Below, one piece after another: positions 17,716 through 27,885 of a DNA stretch of 64,000 nt. This stretch comes from Candidatus Geocrenenecus huangii. Lineage in GTDB: Archaea; Thermoproteota; Nitrososphaeria_A; Caldarchaeales; Wolframiiraptoraceae. Numbering within the stretch: the stretch's first letter is position 1; each line of letters opens with the position of its first letter. The translations under genes were made by a program, and so were the position numbers. The stretch is from NCBI GenBank assembly GCA_023254095.1, contig JALNLM010000002.1, positions 19,538 to 83,537 on the forward strand, written 5' to 3'. The notes under the pieces are model-generated. The model ran no database searches, was not told the origin of the DNA, and worked only from the letters and a program-made list of their open reading frames with translations.

Positions 17716-18993
17716 TTATGATTTTCTTTCCTTTCTTATTCTACTAAGTATCTCTTGAGCTTTATCAAGCCTTACAGCTTTCTCTCTAACCATCTCTTCT
17801 GCAACTAAGTCTATCTCTCCTCCTACCGCTCCCGCCATCACGGCTATATTCTTCGCATGGAGAGACATGTGTCCAGCCTGTATTCCTTCAGCGGCCAATG
17901 CTCTGAGAGCAGCGAGATTCTGAACCAGTCCAACCGCTCCTATAATTTCTGCTAATTCTTGACTTGTCTTGACTCCCAATATCTTTAGCGATATCTTTGC
18001 TAGAGGATGAGTCTTGGTTGCTCCTCCAACAATTCCTACAGCAATAGGCATCTCTAGAGAACCATATAGATAGCTTCCATCAGTCTCCCATCTACTAAGA
18101 GGCCTATATCTTCCGTCTCTAGCTGCATAGGTATGAGCTCCCGCTTCTACTGCTCTCCAATCATTTCCGGTAGCTATAACGACGGCATCCACGCCATTCA
18201 TTATACCTTTATTGTGGGTTGCAGCCCTGTATGGATCAGCTTCTGCAAAGGCCCAGGCCTCCATGATTCCTTCGGCGACTTCTCTTCCTCCTACTGCTTC
18301 AACGGGAATTTTCGTCCATGCTCTAACAAGTCTACGATCAGCTAGATTCGATATTATTCTTAACCTAAAGTATCCACCTGCTATCGAGGCGAGCCTCGGA
18401 GCTATCGTCTCAGCCATCGTATTTACCGCATTTGCTCCCATAGCATCTCTAACATCTACTATTAGATGAACTATCAGCATGACTCCGCTTCTAGTCTCCA
18501 GAATTCTTGCTTCAAGGTCTTTTGCTCCCCCTCCAAGCCTAACCAGCACGGGGTCACATTGATTGGCTAATTCTAGGATCTCATCTTTCCTCTTTAGTAT
18601 TTCGAGTCTCGCTATAGCGGGCTGTGGAACTTTTACTAATTGTATCTGGCCTATCATGTATGGTCCTGTGCTAGAAGTATATACTCCACCACCTTCTCTA
18701 GCCATTCTGGCAGCATTAGATGCAGCAGCCACGACAGAAGGCTCTTCAATAACCATTGGTATAAGGTAATCTCTACCGTTTATGAGGAAGTTTACCGCTA
18801 TGCCTAAGGGGAGCTCATAGGTTGAAATTACATTCTCTATCATTCTATTCGCAATCTCTATGTCTAGAGCGCCATGCCTCTTCAATGAGCCGATTTCATC
18901 GCTAGTCAAATCTGCAAACTCTGAAACGATCTTTAGTCTCTCTTCTATGCTAAGTTTGTAAAAACCAGAAATTCTCGAACTTCTCCTACTCAA
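17716..18993 (-). CDS. hmgA: 3-hydroxy-3-methylglutaryl-CoA reductase (class I, archaeal)
   Basis: 425 aa. ENVISTYELPLGIAVNFLINGRDYLIPMVIEEPSVVAAASN, DAMGANAVNTMAE and GTVGG are conserved HMGR catalytic-domain motifs. Confidence 0.9.
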   Translation of the reverse strand: MSRRSSRISGFYKLSIEERLKIVSEFADLTSDEIGSLKRHGALDIEIANRMIENVISTYELPLGIAVNFLINGRDYLIPMVIEEPSVVAAASNAARMAREGGGVYTSSTGPYMIGQIQLVKVPQPAIARLEILKRKDEILELANQCDPVLVRLGGGAKDLEARILETRSGVMLIVHLIVDVRDAMGANAVNTMAETIAPRLASIAGGYFRLRIISNLADRRLVRAWTKIPVEAVGGREVAEGIMEAWAFAEADPYRAATHNKGIMNGVDAVVIATGNDWRAVEAGAHTYAARDGRYRPLSRWETDGSYLYGSLEMPIAVGIVGGATKTHPLAKISLKILGVKTSQELAEIIGAVGLVQNLAALRALAAEGIQAGHMSLHAKNIAVMAGAVGGEIDLVAEEMVREKAVRLDKAQEILSRIRKERKS

Positions 18994-19133
18994 TTTCCTC
19001 TAAAAATGACGTCAACTCATATTTTTTATGTTTTTCCAATAATAATATGTCATCTGACGTATACTCGACAAAGGAAATACTTAAAAGAGGCTCATCAAAT
19101 TCTATATATTAGGTTCTGTCAGGAGGTTAGTTC

Positions 19134-20474
19134 TTGACCAAGGAAGAATTATTAAGAAAAGCTCAAATCCCCTCACAGCTTGCTATGAAATATCACCCAT
19201 TCTATAGAGGCAAGATACAGGTAACATTAAAAGTTCCGGTTAGGAGCTACGATGATTTTGCGATCTGGTATACTCCAGGAGTTGCTGAACCATGTAAAGA
19301 AATAAAAAACAACACCGACCTAGTCTTCGAATATACTAATAGAGCTAACACCGTCGCGGTAGTAAGCGATGGAACGAGAGTTTTAGGATTGGGCAATATA
19401 GGACCTGAAGCAGGTCTCCCAGTAATGGAGGGCAAAGCACTACTATTCAAGTATCTGGGGGGCGTAGACGCATTCCCTATAGTCTTGAATGTAAGAGACC
19501 CGGAAGAGATCATCAGAGTGGTAAAAGCTCTAGAACCAAGTTTCGGCGGAATAAACCTAGAAGATATAGAGAAACCAAAATGTTTCTACATCCTAGAAAA
19601 ACTAAGGAAAGAGATGAACATCCCCGTATGGCATGACGACCAGCAGGGTACAGCTACAGTTACTCTTGCAGCTTTGATGAATGCTTTAAAGCTAGTTGGA
19701 AAGAAGATTAACGATGTAGTCGTGGCGTTGATTGGAGCTGGGGCAGCGAACATAGCTATTGCAAGATTGATTATCTCTGCGGGGGTAGATCCTGGTAAGA
19801 TGAGAGTAGTCGATACGAAAGGGATAATCTATGCAGAGAGAGAAGATGTAGACAAACTACAGTTCTCTGATCCATGGAAGTACGATCTAGCAATAAAGAC
19901 CAATCGTGAAAAAATCGTAGGAGATATTCCTGAAGCATTGAAAGGGGCTGACGTAGTTATAGCAATGTCTAAGCCGGGGCCAGGAGTAATAAAGAAAGAA
20001 TGGATCAAATCAATGGCAGATGATGCCATAGTCTTCGCCTGCGCCAACCCTATACCTGAGATATGGCCTTGGGAGGCAAAAGAAGCTGGAGCCAAGATAG
20101 TTTCTACGGGCAGGTCCGATTTCCCCAACCAAGTAAACAACTCTCTAGGATTCCCAGGAATATTCAGGGGAGCGTTAGATGTAAGAGCCAAGACTATAAC
20201 AGATGAAATGTGTATAGCGGCTGCTACTGAGCTAGCTAAAATCGCTGAAGAGAAAGGATTGTCTGAAGATTATATTATACCGACGATGGAAGATTGGGAA
20301 GTATATCCCAGGGAAGCTACGGCAGTAGGCATGAAGGCGATAGAGCTTGGACTAGCAAGAGTAAAGATGAGTGAAGACGAACTCTATGAAACAGCATATA
20401 ATACTATCAAGAACGCCAGAGAACTAGTTCACATGATGATGAGAGAAGGATTCATCCCGTCACCACCAGAATAA
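19134..20474 (+). CDS. NAD(P)-dependent malic enzyme (malate dehydrogenase, decarboxylating)
   Basis: 446 aa. [43 protein letters not shown] and [11 protein letters not shown] are signature malic-enzyme motifs and Rossmann fold. Confidence 0.9.
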   Translation: MTKEELLRKAQIPSQLAMKYHPFYRGKIQVTLKVPVRSYDDFAIWYTPGVAEPCKEIKNNTDLVFEYTNRANTVAVVSDGTRVLGLGNIGPEAGLPVMEGKALLFKYLGGVDAFPIVLNVRDPEEIIRVVKALEPSFGGINLEDIEKPKCFYILEKLRKEMNIPVWHDDQQGTATVTLAALMNALKLVGKKINDVVVALIGAGAANIAIARLIISAGVDPGKMRVVDTKGIIYAEREDVDKLQFSDPWKYDLAIKTNREKIVGDIPEALKGADVVIAMSKPGPGVIKKEWIKSMADDAIVFACANPIPEIWPWEAKEAGAKIVSTGRSDFPNQVNNSLGFPGIFRGALDVRAKTITDEMCIAAATELAKIAEEKGLSEDYIIPTMEDWEVYPREATAVGMKAIELGLARVKMSEDELYETAYNTIKNARELVHMMMREGFIPSPPE

Positions 20475-20591
20475 CCGACGAAAACTTAGAAAACTCTCAG
20501 ACCATTATGTGTTGTTATTGTTTATGCTAAATTGGTTAACCTTAGGGTTTACTACTAATATAAGTTTATTTTTCACTGAATACTCTTAACT

Positions 20592-21362
20592 TTGGATATG
20601 TCGGAAGTATTGGAGGGAGAAATTGTAAAGATAATAGAGTTAGAGCCTATAAGAGAGGGAGTAATAATTATTGAAGGGTTCCCTGACGTAGGTCTAGTTG
20701 GAACGATTGCTGCCTCCTTCTTAATCGAGAAACTCCAGATGAGTGATATAGGTTATATAGAGTCTGACGCTCTACCGCCTCTAATATCCGTAAAGAACGG
20801 TAAAATATTAGACATAGTAAGGATGTATGGTAGGAACAACATAGTTGTATTCTTGTCTGAGATACCTATACCTCTGCCGATTATTAGACCTTTAAGCCAG
20901 AAAATAATAGAATGGGCCATATCTAGAAAAGCCAAGATGATCGTAAGCCTGACGGGGATGCCTGAGCCTGGAAGGTTAAACATTGATGTACCGAAAGTAT
21001 ACGTTCTAGGCAGCAATGAGAAGATCTCAAAGGATGCATTAAAGATAAATGGTGTTGAAGCTTTTACGGATGGATACATCACTGGTGTAAAAGGAATGAT
21101 TCTGAGAGAGAGTATAAAGAGGGATTTCAACGCTCTTCTGGTACTCTCACAAGCGCATTTCAATTATCCAGACCCGGGGTCTGCGGCAGAGATACTGAAG
21201 TATCTATCAAAACTATTATCTATAGAAATAGATGTTAAGCCGCTACTTGAAAGCGCAGAGGAATTAAAGCTGAGGTTGAGAGACTTGATGCGTAGAACGA
21301 GCCAAGCTATGCAAGACGTACAAAAGTCTCGTGAGCTAGAGCTTCCCGCGGTGTATTTGTAG
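20592..21362 (+). CDS. PAC2-family protein (archaeal proteasome-assembly-chaperone-like)
   Basis: 256 aa. IEGFPDVGLVGTIAASFLIEKL is the PAC2 N-terminal signature (GFPgvGlVG). Confidence 0.6.
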   Translation: MDMSEVLEGEIVKIIELEPIREGVIIIEGFPDVGLVGTIAASFLIEKLQMSDIGYIESDALPPLISVKNGKILDIVRMYGRNNIVVFLSEIPIPLPIIRPLSQKIIEWAISRKAKMIVSLTGMPEPGRLNIDVPKVYVLGSNEKISKDALKINGVEAFTDGYITGVKGMILRESIKRDFNALLVLSQAHFNYPDPGSAAEILKYLSKLLSIEIDVKPLLESAEELKLRLRDLMRRTSQAMQDVQKSRELELPAVYL

Positions 21363-21369
21363 GAGGTGA

Positions 21370-21789
21370 TTGAGAACGTCTTATAGAAGGGATCTCTGGA
21401 AGATCATGCTCGACGAATTCAAGAAGATAGAGCAAGAGCTAAGGAATATAGAAGAAGAATTCTACATGAGGATCAAGGGATTGGAAGCCATGAGAGGATG
21501 CATAACCCCTCTCTACAACATCTATGAATCCGGAGATGAGCTAATAATAACCGCCGACATGCCTGGGACAAACAAAGAGGAGATAGACTTAACTGTTGGA
21601 GAAGACTACTTGAAGATTGAGGCACCATGCCGCTCGCCCGCTAGAAGAACAAGAGAAGGAAAATACATGCTTCACGTAAGGCTACCGGTGGAGATCGAGC
21701 CCGAGAGTGTAAAAGCGAGATATAAGGATGGCGTCTTAGAAGTAATTGCCAAAAAGAAGATTAGAGGGGTCAAGATAAGAGTAGAGTAG
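21370..21789 (+). CDS. Small heat shock protein (Hsp20/alpha-crystallin family)
   Basis: The alpha-crystallin domain runs DELIITADMPGTNKEEIDLTV...RYKDGVLEVIAKK and includes the conserved G-x-L motif. The start may be the internal ATG (MLDEF...). Confidence 0.65.
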   Translation: MRTSYRRDLWKIMLDEFKKIEQELRNIEEEFYMRIKGLEAMRGCITPLYNIYESGDELIITADMPGTNKEEIDLTVGEDYLKIEAPCRSPARRTREGKYMLHVRLPVEIEPESVKARYKDGVLEVIAKKKIRGVKIRVE

Positions 21790-21841
21790 GAAAAGGTAGA
21801 TTCGCATAGTTAGGCCTCCATAAAAGTATTCCCGGTTCACG

Positions 21842-22810
21842 TCATACTGGTGGATTAAGTAAATTCGACAAGACTTTTCTCCAAGCTTTTAATACATTCT
21901 CTCTATTGTATCCTCCACCTCCCAACACCAATAGTCTACCGTCACATTCTTCTTCAGAGACTTTGTGAAGTCTAGTCACCGCATGCTCGTGAGCCTTCTC
22001 AGTATACATTAACCCAGTGAGAGGGTCTCCAGCCAACCCATCTGCTCCTGCTTGCAGAATAATGAATTCCGGGCTAAAATTATCTATGAATTCTTCAATC
22101 TTATTCCATGCCTCCATAAATTCTTCATCACCCGCTCCAGGCATTAATGGAATGTTTAGTTTTGTCCCTTCAGCTTCTCCTCCGCCTCTCTCATGACTGA
22201 AGCCTGTTCCCGGATATAGTGTCCTGCCATCCTGATGTATGTCTGCTATTATCACGTTCTTTTCAAAGTAGAAATCATAGAATACTCCATCTCCATGATG
22301 TGCATCAATATCGACGTACAGTACTTGTTTAAGCTTAGCTACTTCAAGCAGGTATTTGATCGCTATCGATGCATCGTTAAATATGCAGAATCCTCCAGCT
22401 CTATCTCTCCTGGCATGATGTAGTCCACCGACAGGATTAAAACCATGATCAATCTCTTTTCTCATTATCATTCTTACAAGCTTAAGTGTTGACCCGACTA
22501 CGTGTAGGGATGCTTCATAACATCCCTTAAAAGCAGGTGTATCACCATAATCGAGATATCCATATCCGTCTTGAGATTTCTTCTTAACAAAATCAACGTA
22601 ATCTGGGTCATGATATAGTAGAACTTCACTCTCACTAGCCAGTTCAGGCTTAACAGCAATTACTTGGTCTGGATAATGTTTTAAGAATGTAGGCATAACC
22701 TCTCTGTAGAATCTTTCAACCCTATCAGACCTGAATGGATGAAATTCTGGAAAAGAATATAGTAAGGCTTCTTCCCCGTAAATAACCCCTACCCTACACT
22801 TCATCACCAC
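21842..22810 (-). CDS. Histone deacetylase/acetoin-utilisation AcuC-family deacetylase (arginase/deacetylase fold)
   Basis: 322 aa. DIDAHHGDGV and GFCIFND are zinc-binding and catalytic motifs of the class I/II HDAC family. Confidence 0.8.
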   Translation of the reverse strand: MVMKCRVGVIYGEEALLYSFPEFHPFRSDRVERFYREVMPTFLKHYPDQVIAVKPELASESEVLLYHDPDYVDFVKKKSQDGYGYLDYGDTPAFKGCYEASLHVVGSTLKLVRMIMRKEIDHGFNPVGGLHHARRDRAGGFCIFNDASIAIKYLLEVAKLKQVLYVDIDAHHGDGVFYDFYFEKNVIIADIHQDGRTLYPGTGFSHERGGGEAEGTKLNIPLMPGAGDEEFMEAWNKIEEFIDNFSPEFIILQAGADGLAGDPLTGLMYTEKAHEHAVTRLHKVSEEECDGRLLVLGGGGYNRENVLKAWRKVLSNLLNPPV

Positions 22811-22904
22811 ATCTACATTCTACAAAGAATATTCTAGAATATTTATAAGTTCTATCACTCCAACCTACTCTAAACAAGATATAAGCATAGATTAATATGC
22901 ATCT

Positions 22905-24191
22905 ATGAAGAGCGGATATGTAATGAAGGTTTTCGTCTTTGAAGATAATGCCTACGTGAATCTTCTCCCGATAACCTATACCAGAGCATCATTTGAAGTC
23001 AGGGTAGGGTCTAGAACATTTTTGGAAAATATCGTTGAGAAACTAAGACCTGAGGAGACAATAGTTTCAGCGAGAAAATATCTTGAACCAGTAATAAAAG
23101 AAAGATACCCTTACGTCTCTTTAGATAGGGAACTCTCAGAAGATGTATTGATTGTTAACGGGCTCCTCTATATTGGTGGAAAAGAGTTAGAGTTAATAAA
23201 AAACCTACTTACCGAGGGGGTAGACAAGGCTTTAATTAAAGATGGGAGGTTGGTTGTCGCCAAGTTATCTGAAAGAAATCTACGAAAGATAAGACAAGAA
23301 TTATTTCAGGATATTGAATTACTGAAGAGATATATGAAAGCCGAGTTCGTTGAAGATGCTAGACTAATAACTTATCCTTGGGAGCTCATTAATTATTTTC
23401 CCGAGATATTGAGAGAAGAATTATCCAAATACGAAAATGAGCATTCAGCCATTCCAAGTGGAGTATATGTTAGGGGTGATGAGAAGAATATTTACGTAGA
23501 AGATGGCTCAGTTATCGAGCCGGGCTCCATCATAGACGTTAGGAATGGCCCAGTCTACATCGGGAGAAATGTTGAGGTTGAGTCACCTTCAAGAATCATC
23601 GGGCCATCATATATTGGTGATAGCAGCATGGTCTTCGCTGCAAGGATTGAAACATCCATAATTGGTGAAGAATGTAGAATTGGGGGAGAAGTAGCCTACT
23701 CGGTAATCCATAAATATTCTAACAAGAGGCATTTCGGTTTTCTCGGTCACTCATATGTAGGTGAATGGGTTAATCTTGGAGCAGGATTCACGAATAGCAA
23801 TCTTAAGAATACGTATGGAGAAATAAGAATGAATATAGGTGGCCGAAATATCAATACCGGGAGAACCTTTCTCGGATGCATTATAGGAGACCACGTTAGA
23901 GCAAGCATCGGCGCATTAGTCTATACAGCTAAGAGGATAGGTGTTGGATCACAGATACACGGGGTCATATTTGAGGATATACCATCATTTACTTTTTACG
24001 CAAAAAGCCTTGGATTAGAATTAATTGAACTAGATATAGAAAAGGTATTGAAGTCGGTGGAAAGAATGATGGCTAGAAGAAGGATTTCTCTAAGACCTGT
24101 AGAAGAGAAATTGCTAAGAAGAATCTATGAAGATACCGCTGCTGAAAGAAGTCTAGCTGGAGCAAAGAAGAAAGAAATAGATTTTAAGTAG
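22905..24191 (+). CDS. GlmU-like protein: degenerate nucleotidyltransferase-like N-domain plus C-terminal left-handed beta-helix (putative acyl/nucleotidyl-transferase)
   Basis: 428 aa. Hexapeptide repeats span residues about 190-330 (IGRNVEVESPSRIIGPSYIGDSSMV...IGGEVAYSVI...). The N-terminal domain lacks the canonical GxGxR motif. Confidence 0.5.
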   Translation: MKSGYVMKVFVFEDNAYVNLLPITYTRASFEVRVGSRTFLENIVEKLRPEETIVSARKYLEPVIKERYPYVSLDRELSEDVLIVNGLLYIGGKELELIKNLLTEGVDKALIKDGRLVVAKLSERNLRKIRQELFQDIELLKRYMKAEFVEDARLITYPWELINYFPEILREELSKYENEHSAIPSGVYVRGDEKNIYVEDGSVIEPGSIIDVRNGPVYIGRNVEVESPSRIIGPSYIGDSSMVFAARIETSIIGEECRIGGEVAYSVIHKYSNKRHFGFLGHSYVGEWVNLGAGFTNSNLKNTYGEIRMNIGGRNINTGRTFLGCIIGDHVRASIGALVYTAKRIGVGSQIHGVIFEDIPSFTFYAKSLGLELIELDIEKVLKSVERMMARRRISLRPVEEKLLRRIYEDTAAERSLAGAKKKEIDFK

Positions 24192-24247
24192 AGGTTAATT
24201 ATCATGATGAAAATATATTACCCTCCAGCAATATTGTAATAACGGAT

Positions 24248-24700
24248 ATGAAGTCTCTGCATGATGAGAAAGACTTGGAGATTTTAAGAATACTTCAGGA
24301 GAACGGGAGAGCATCTTATTCTGAAATAGCTAAGAAGCTGGGATTAAGCGAGGCCGCGGTATATACCAGGATCCAGAAATTGATAAAGCAAGGATTCATA
24401 AAAAAGATTCAAGCTATTGTAGATTCTGAAAAACTCGGATACAATCTTACAGCAATAGTAGCGGTAAAAGCTCAACCAAGCAAGTACGATTCTCTCTTAC
24501 AGGAATTGTCCAATGTCCCCGAGATCGTGGAAATATACGATGTCACCGGGGACTATTATTGTTTACTGAAATTAAGGTTGCCGAACAGGGAAATATTAGC
24601 GAAGATACTTGATAAGATAGGTTCATTGGAGGGTGTTATATCAACCGATACAAGAATTGTTCTAAGAACAATAAAAGAATCCTATAGCCTACCATTATAG
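24248..24700 (+). CDS. Lrp/AsnC-family transcriptional regulator
   Basis: 150 aa. The N-terminal HTH is RASYSEIAKKLGLSEAAVYTRIQKL; the C-terminal RAM domain is IVAVKAQPSKYDS...YDVTGDYYCLLKL. Confidence 0.85.
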   Translation: MKSLHDEKDLEILRILQENGRASYSEIAKKLGLSEAAVYTRIQKLIKQGFIKKIQAIVDSEKLGYNLTAIVAVKAQPSKYDSLLQELSNVPEIVEIYDVTGDYYCLLKLRLPNREILAKILDKIGSLEGVISTDTRIVLRTIKESYSLPL

Positions 24701-24704
24701 ATGC

Positions 24705-25517
24705 TTATATTAGACTAGAATTCAATAAGCATCTATAGAGCTCAAGTAGGTTGTCTACTATATGATCAGGTTTAATCTGGGAGGATGCTTCCTCGACAGT
24801 ATCCTTCGATGTTGCTCCGGAAAGGACTAGGGCTGTGCCAGATCCAATAATCTTGCCTGCAAGAATATCCGTATCTAGCCTATCCCCAACGACTAAGACC
24901 TCACTCGGATTGAAGCCAACCTTTTGTAAAGCTATCTCCATTATTATTCTAGAAGGTTTACCGATAACGATAGGGTCTTTCCCAACGGCTTTTGAGATAG
25001 CGGCAACTATTGATCCTGCGCCCGGCTCAAAACCTTCATCGGATGGAATAGTTGGATCCGTATTCGTAGCTAGAAATCTTGAACCACTCATTATTGCCTT
25101 GTAAGCGGCTCTCAGCTTCACGTAATTGAACTTCCTATCTATACCGACTACAACATAGTTAGCTTTCCACCATTCGTTTATTTTTATGATGGTATGCTTC
25201 ATCCTCTTGCAATATTCCTTGAATCCTTTCTCCGTTATAGGCAACACGTTACTTGGACCTGACTCTCTAAGTATGTATAGTGAAGTCGCCTCACCTGAGG
25301 TCAATATCTCTTCAGGTCTAGCTTCAATGCTGAGACCCCTTAGCTTCCTGGAGTAGCCTTCGGAGGTTAGAGACGAATTATTGGTGATGAACAGGATCTG
25401 GAGATTTTTCTCCCTAAATTTCTCTAAAGCCTCGTTAGCTCCGGATATTAGCTTGTTTCCCCGATATACACATCCATCCAAATCAAGGAAAAGGCATTTG
25501 TACTTTTTCATAATCAT
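24705..25517 (-). CDS. HAD-superfamily hydrolase, subfamily IIA (NagD-like phosphatase)
   Basis: 270 aa. CLFLDLDGCVY is HAD motif I. Motif II (FITNNSS) and the cap of the IIA subfamily are present, and VVGDRLDTDI is motif IV. Confidence 0.8.
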   Translation of the reverse strand: MIMKKYKCLFLDLDGCVYRGNKLISGANEALEKFREKNLQILFITNNSSLTSEGYSRKLRGLSIEARPEEILTSGEATSLYILRESGPSNVLPITEKGFKEYCKRMKHTIIKINEWWKANYVVVGIDRKFNYVKLRAAYKAIMSGSRFLATNTDPTIPSDEGFEPGAGSIVAAISKAVGKDPIVIGKPSRIIMEIALQKVGFNPSEVLVVGDRLDTDILAGKIIGSGTALVLSGATSKDTVEEASSQIKPDHIVDNLLELYRCLLNSSLI

Positions 25518-25839
25518 ATATCAGAAAGAAATACTCTCTTAAATATTTGATTTACTGCTTGTAATGGGAGTTCTAATCTGATGAAGATTTTTCCCGTTGT
25601 ATGAATATAATATTCGGAGCCAAATTATTTCTAGGTTTCTAAGTAATAGTTTTTTATCGATTTTCCTCGAAACAATATTAACTAAAATTAACTATCAAGT
25701 ACTTTCCTTCGTACATACATGAAGATTTAATATAATTGTTTGATACTTCTTCAGAAATCATACTCGCTATCCAAACCTTAAATTTAATTATCCTTCTCTT
25801 CAAAAAATGGTTGGTAGAAGATAACGTTTTCGAATCGTC

Positions 25840-27600
25840 TTAGCTTCTTACTGCACTCTTTCCAGCGAGGTATCCGAAAGTCACGGCTCTACTATGGCTA
25901 AGACCTGGAATTACAACAAGCGAATAATATTGGGCATAGAAGCCTCCTGCAGCATTCCCTGCAGCATATAATCCTGGGATGGGTTTACCCTCTTTATCCA
26001 GAACTTGTAGCCCTTTATTTACTTTTAATCCTCCGCCAACCATGTTTAGGAGTACTGCTATACCTTGAATAGCATAAAATGGAGGATTCTCAATAGGTGC
26101 CATGTATCTAGATGGTTTACCGAAATCTTCATCAACTCCTTTCTTACATAACTCGTTATATCTTTCAATCGTCTTCTTGAAGGTTTCTATAGGAACTCCC
26201 ATCTTCTCTGCAAGTTCTTCTATCGTGTTAGCCGTTACTGCTGCTCCATTATTCAATGCACCCTGTAGAAACTCTTTACCCAGCTCTGGATCAGTTATTC
26301 TTCGATAACCACCACCATGTTTAGTAACTTGCTCCTCCCACTTAGAGTCGAATATCGCCCAATACATAGCTTTAGGTTGTTGTAAAACTCTGTTAATAGT
26401 CCACATCCACGGAAGCGCCTCATTTGTGAATCGCTCTCCTAAAGTGTTTACGAATAAGAAGGGGTTGCATATAAGCATGTATCCTTTACCGGGACCTAAA
26501 CCGGCAAGTGAACTTATAGCGAATCCTACGTCACCCCCAGTCATTATGTAACAGAGTGGGCAGTGTGGTGGTTCATCTAGGGCAGCGCCTATCCATAAGC
26601 CCATTAACTGTCCGTCTCCCGTATTAGTTGGAGTAATCATTGGGTAGATTATTCTATTGGGTATATCTGCTAATCTTGCGACTTCAGGTGGAGCCCAAAG
26701 CTTCAGGAGGTCCTTATTTGACGAATAGTCTCCTGTACAGAGAATCACTGCCTTATTTGAAGTAAATTTTATGTATCTACCGTTAGCGTCTTGCGCGACA
26801 ACCCCCGTAACCTTACCGTTCTCTCGGATAAGTTGAACAGCCCTAGTATTGTAATAGAATTTTGCTCCTTTATCTTTAGCTAGTTTCTCCAATACTGGTG
26901 CGAGCTGAGCTACACCGTCAAAATCTGTTTCATCACTGAATTTATAGGTTGGCCTAGGCCATTCTCTCCATTCATCCTCGAGATATGTTTTAGGCTTTAG
27001 TACTTGAGCTGGAATACCATTTGCTCTCGCAAGGTCAGCGATAAAGTCTGCGATTCTTGAGGAATTAGCTAACCACAACCTAACAAGCGATTCATCAACT
27101 TTATTGCCTGAGATTACATCGATCTGCTCACGGATGGCTTTCTCGTAGTCTACAGATATTCCCGCCTCTTTGAAGAGCTTGCCGGCTGGACCAGGATTTA
27201 TGTGGGCTCCTCTGACATTGGGTCCTTTGTGCTTTTCTATAACAACAGTATTAGCTCCTTCTTCAGCGGCCGAGTATGCGGCCATCAGTCCAGCTAGACC
27301 AGCACCAACGACTACGATGTCGGCAGTAATTTTTTCAGCTATTTTTTCATCAGGTATTGGCAGTGGAGGAGTAAGTATTGCAGGTTCACCTGCAACTGTA
27401 ACTGTTGATGTTTGAGTTACAGTAGTTGGTTTAGTAACCGTTGTTGTCTCAACTTTTGTCTCTGTTATCTTTATTTCTTTCGGAAATACTTGGCTACCAA
27501 TTATTCCACCAACGACAAGTCCTGCAACGCCCGTTGCAGTCGCGGATAAGAAACTCCTACGTGAGACTTTTGCACCTTTTTCGGGAGCTTGTGCACTCAT
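25840..27600 (-). CDS. Exported FAD-dependent oxidoreductase (FAD_binding_2; fumarate-reductase/KstD-like flavoprotein) with Tat-type signal anchor and Thr/Pro-rich stalk
   Basis: 586 aa. The N-terminus KVSRRSFLSATATGVAGLVVGGIIG is a twin-arginine motif followed by a hydrophobic helix. Residues about 45-85 are Thr/Pro-rich (TTVTKPTTVTQTSTVTVAGEPAILTPPLPIPDE). ADIVVVGAGLAGLMAAYSAAEEG is the FAD dinucleotide-binding motif. The C-terminal GLYAAGNAAGG is typical of FAD_binding_2 reductases. Confidence 0.8.
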   Translation of the reverse strand: MSAQAPEKGAKVSRRSFLSATATGVAGLVVGGIIGSQVFPKEIKITETKVETTTVTKPTTVTQTSTVTVAGEPAILTPPLPIPDEKIAEKITADIVVVGAGLAGLMAAYSAAEEGANTVVIEKHKGPNVRGAHINPGPAGKLFKEAGISVDYEKAIREQIDVISGNKVDESLVRLWLANSSRIADFIADLARANGIPAQVLKPKTYLEDEWREWPRPTYKFSDETDFDGVAQLAPVLEKLAKDKGAKFYYNTRAVQLIRENGKVTGVVAQDANGRYIKFTSNKAVILCTGDYSSNKDLLKLWAPPEVARLADIPNRIIYPMITPTNTGDGQLMGLWIGAALDEPPHCPLCYIMTGGDVGFAISSLAGLGPGKGYMLICNPFLFVNTLGERFTNEALPWMWTINRVLQQPKAMYWAIFDSKWEEQVTKHGGGYRRITDPELGKEFLQGALNNGAAVTANTIEELAEKMGVPIETFKKTIERYNELCKKGVDEDFGKPSRYMAPIENPPFYAIQGIAVLLNMVGGGLKVNKGLQVLDKEGKPIPGLYAAGNAAGGFYAQYYSLVVIPGLSHSRAVTFGYLAGKSAVRS

Positions 27601-27651
27601 ATGGAGAAATTCTTCTCAGCTCAATTTAAGATTTCTGAGACATTAGGTAAA

Positions 27652-27661
27652 TTATATAAAT
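27652..27661 (-). promoter_or_regulatory. TATA-box-like element (ATTTATATAA on the minus strand) upstream of the first exported flavoprotein gene
   Basis: It lies about 50-60 nt upstream of the ATG at 27600, within the 285-nt AT-rich spacer between the two paralogous flavoprotein genes. Confidence 0.3.
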
Positions 27662-27885
27662 ACAAAAAGAAACTTCTAAGTATATTCCATATATAACATA
27701 TCAGCAGAGGAGAGACTGTTCTCATCGTGACAAAAAAAGTAAAGGTAGTTTCTCTGGCTGGCTAAAGCACTTACCTAAACTGCAGGGAAATCAATAGCCC
27801 GCTTGTAGGATGATCCTTCGGATTAACGTACTAAATGAAAGGTAGCAGATACTAATTGTAGAATTTTATGGGATCTATGCCTCGG

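Noticed and set aside
19005-19070. Perfect 8-bp palindrome TGACGTCA, plus a nearby TGACGTA, upstream of the malic enzyme gene
   Set aside because: A single short palindrome in an AT-rich promoter region. It could be a regulator site, but one occurrence is within chance expectation, and I found no second copy elsewhere in the window.
25560-25615. Candidate box C/D sRNA (CUGAUGA...CGGA) in the long AT-rich spacer
   Set aside because: The C-box is preceded by a pyrimidine. No correctly spaced D'/C'/D boxes (CUGA) or terminal stem could be found on either strand.
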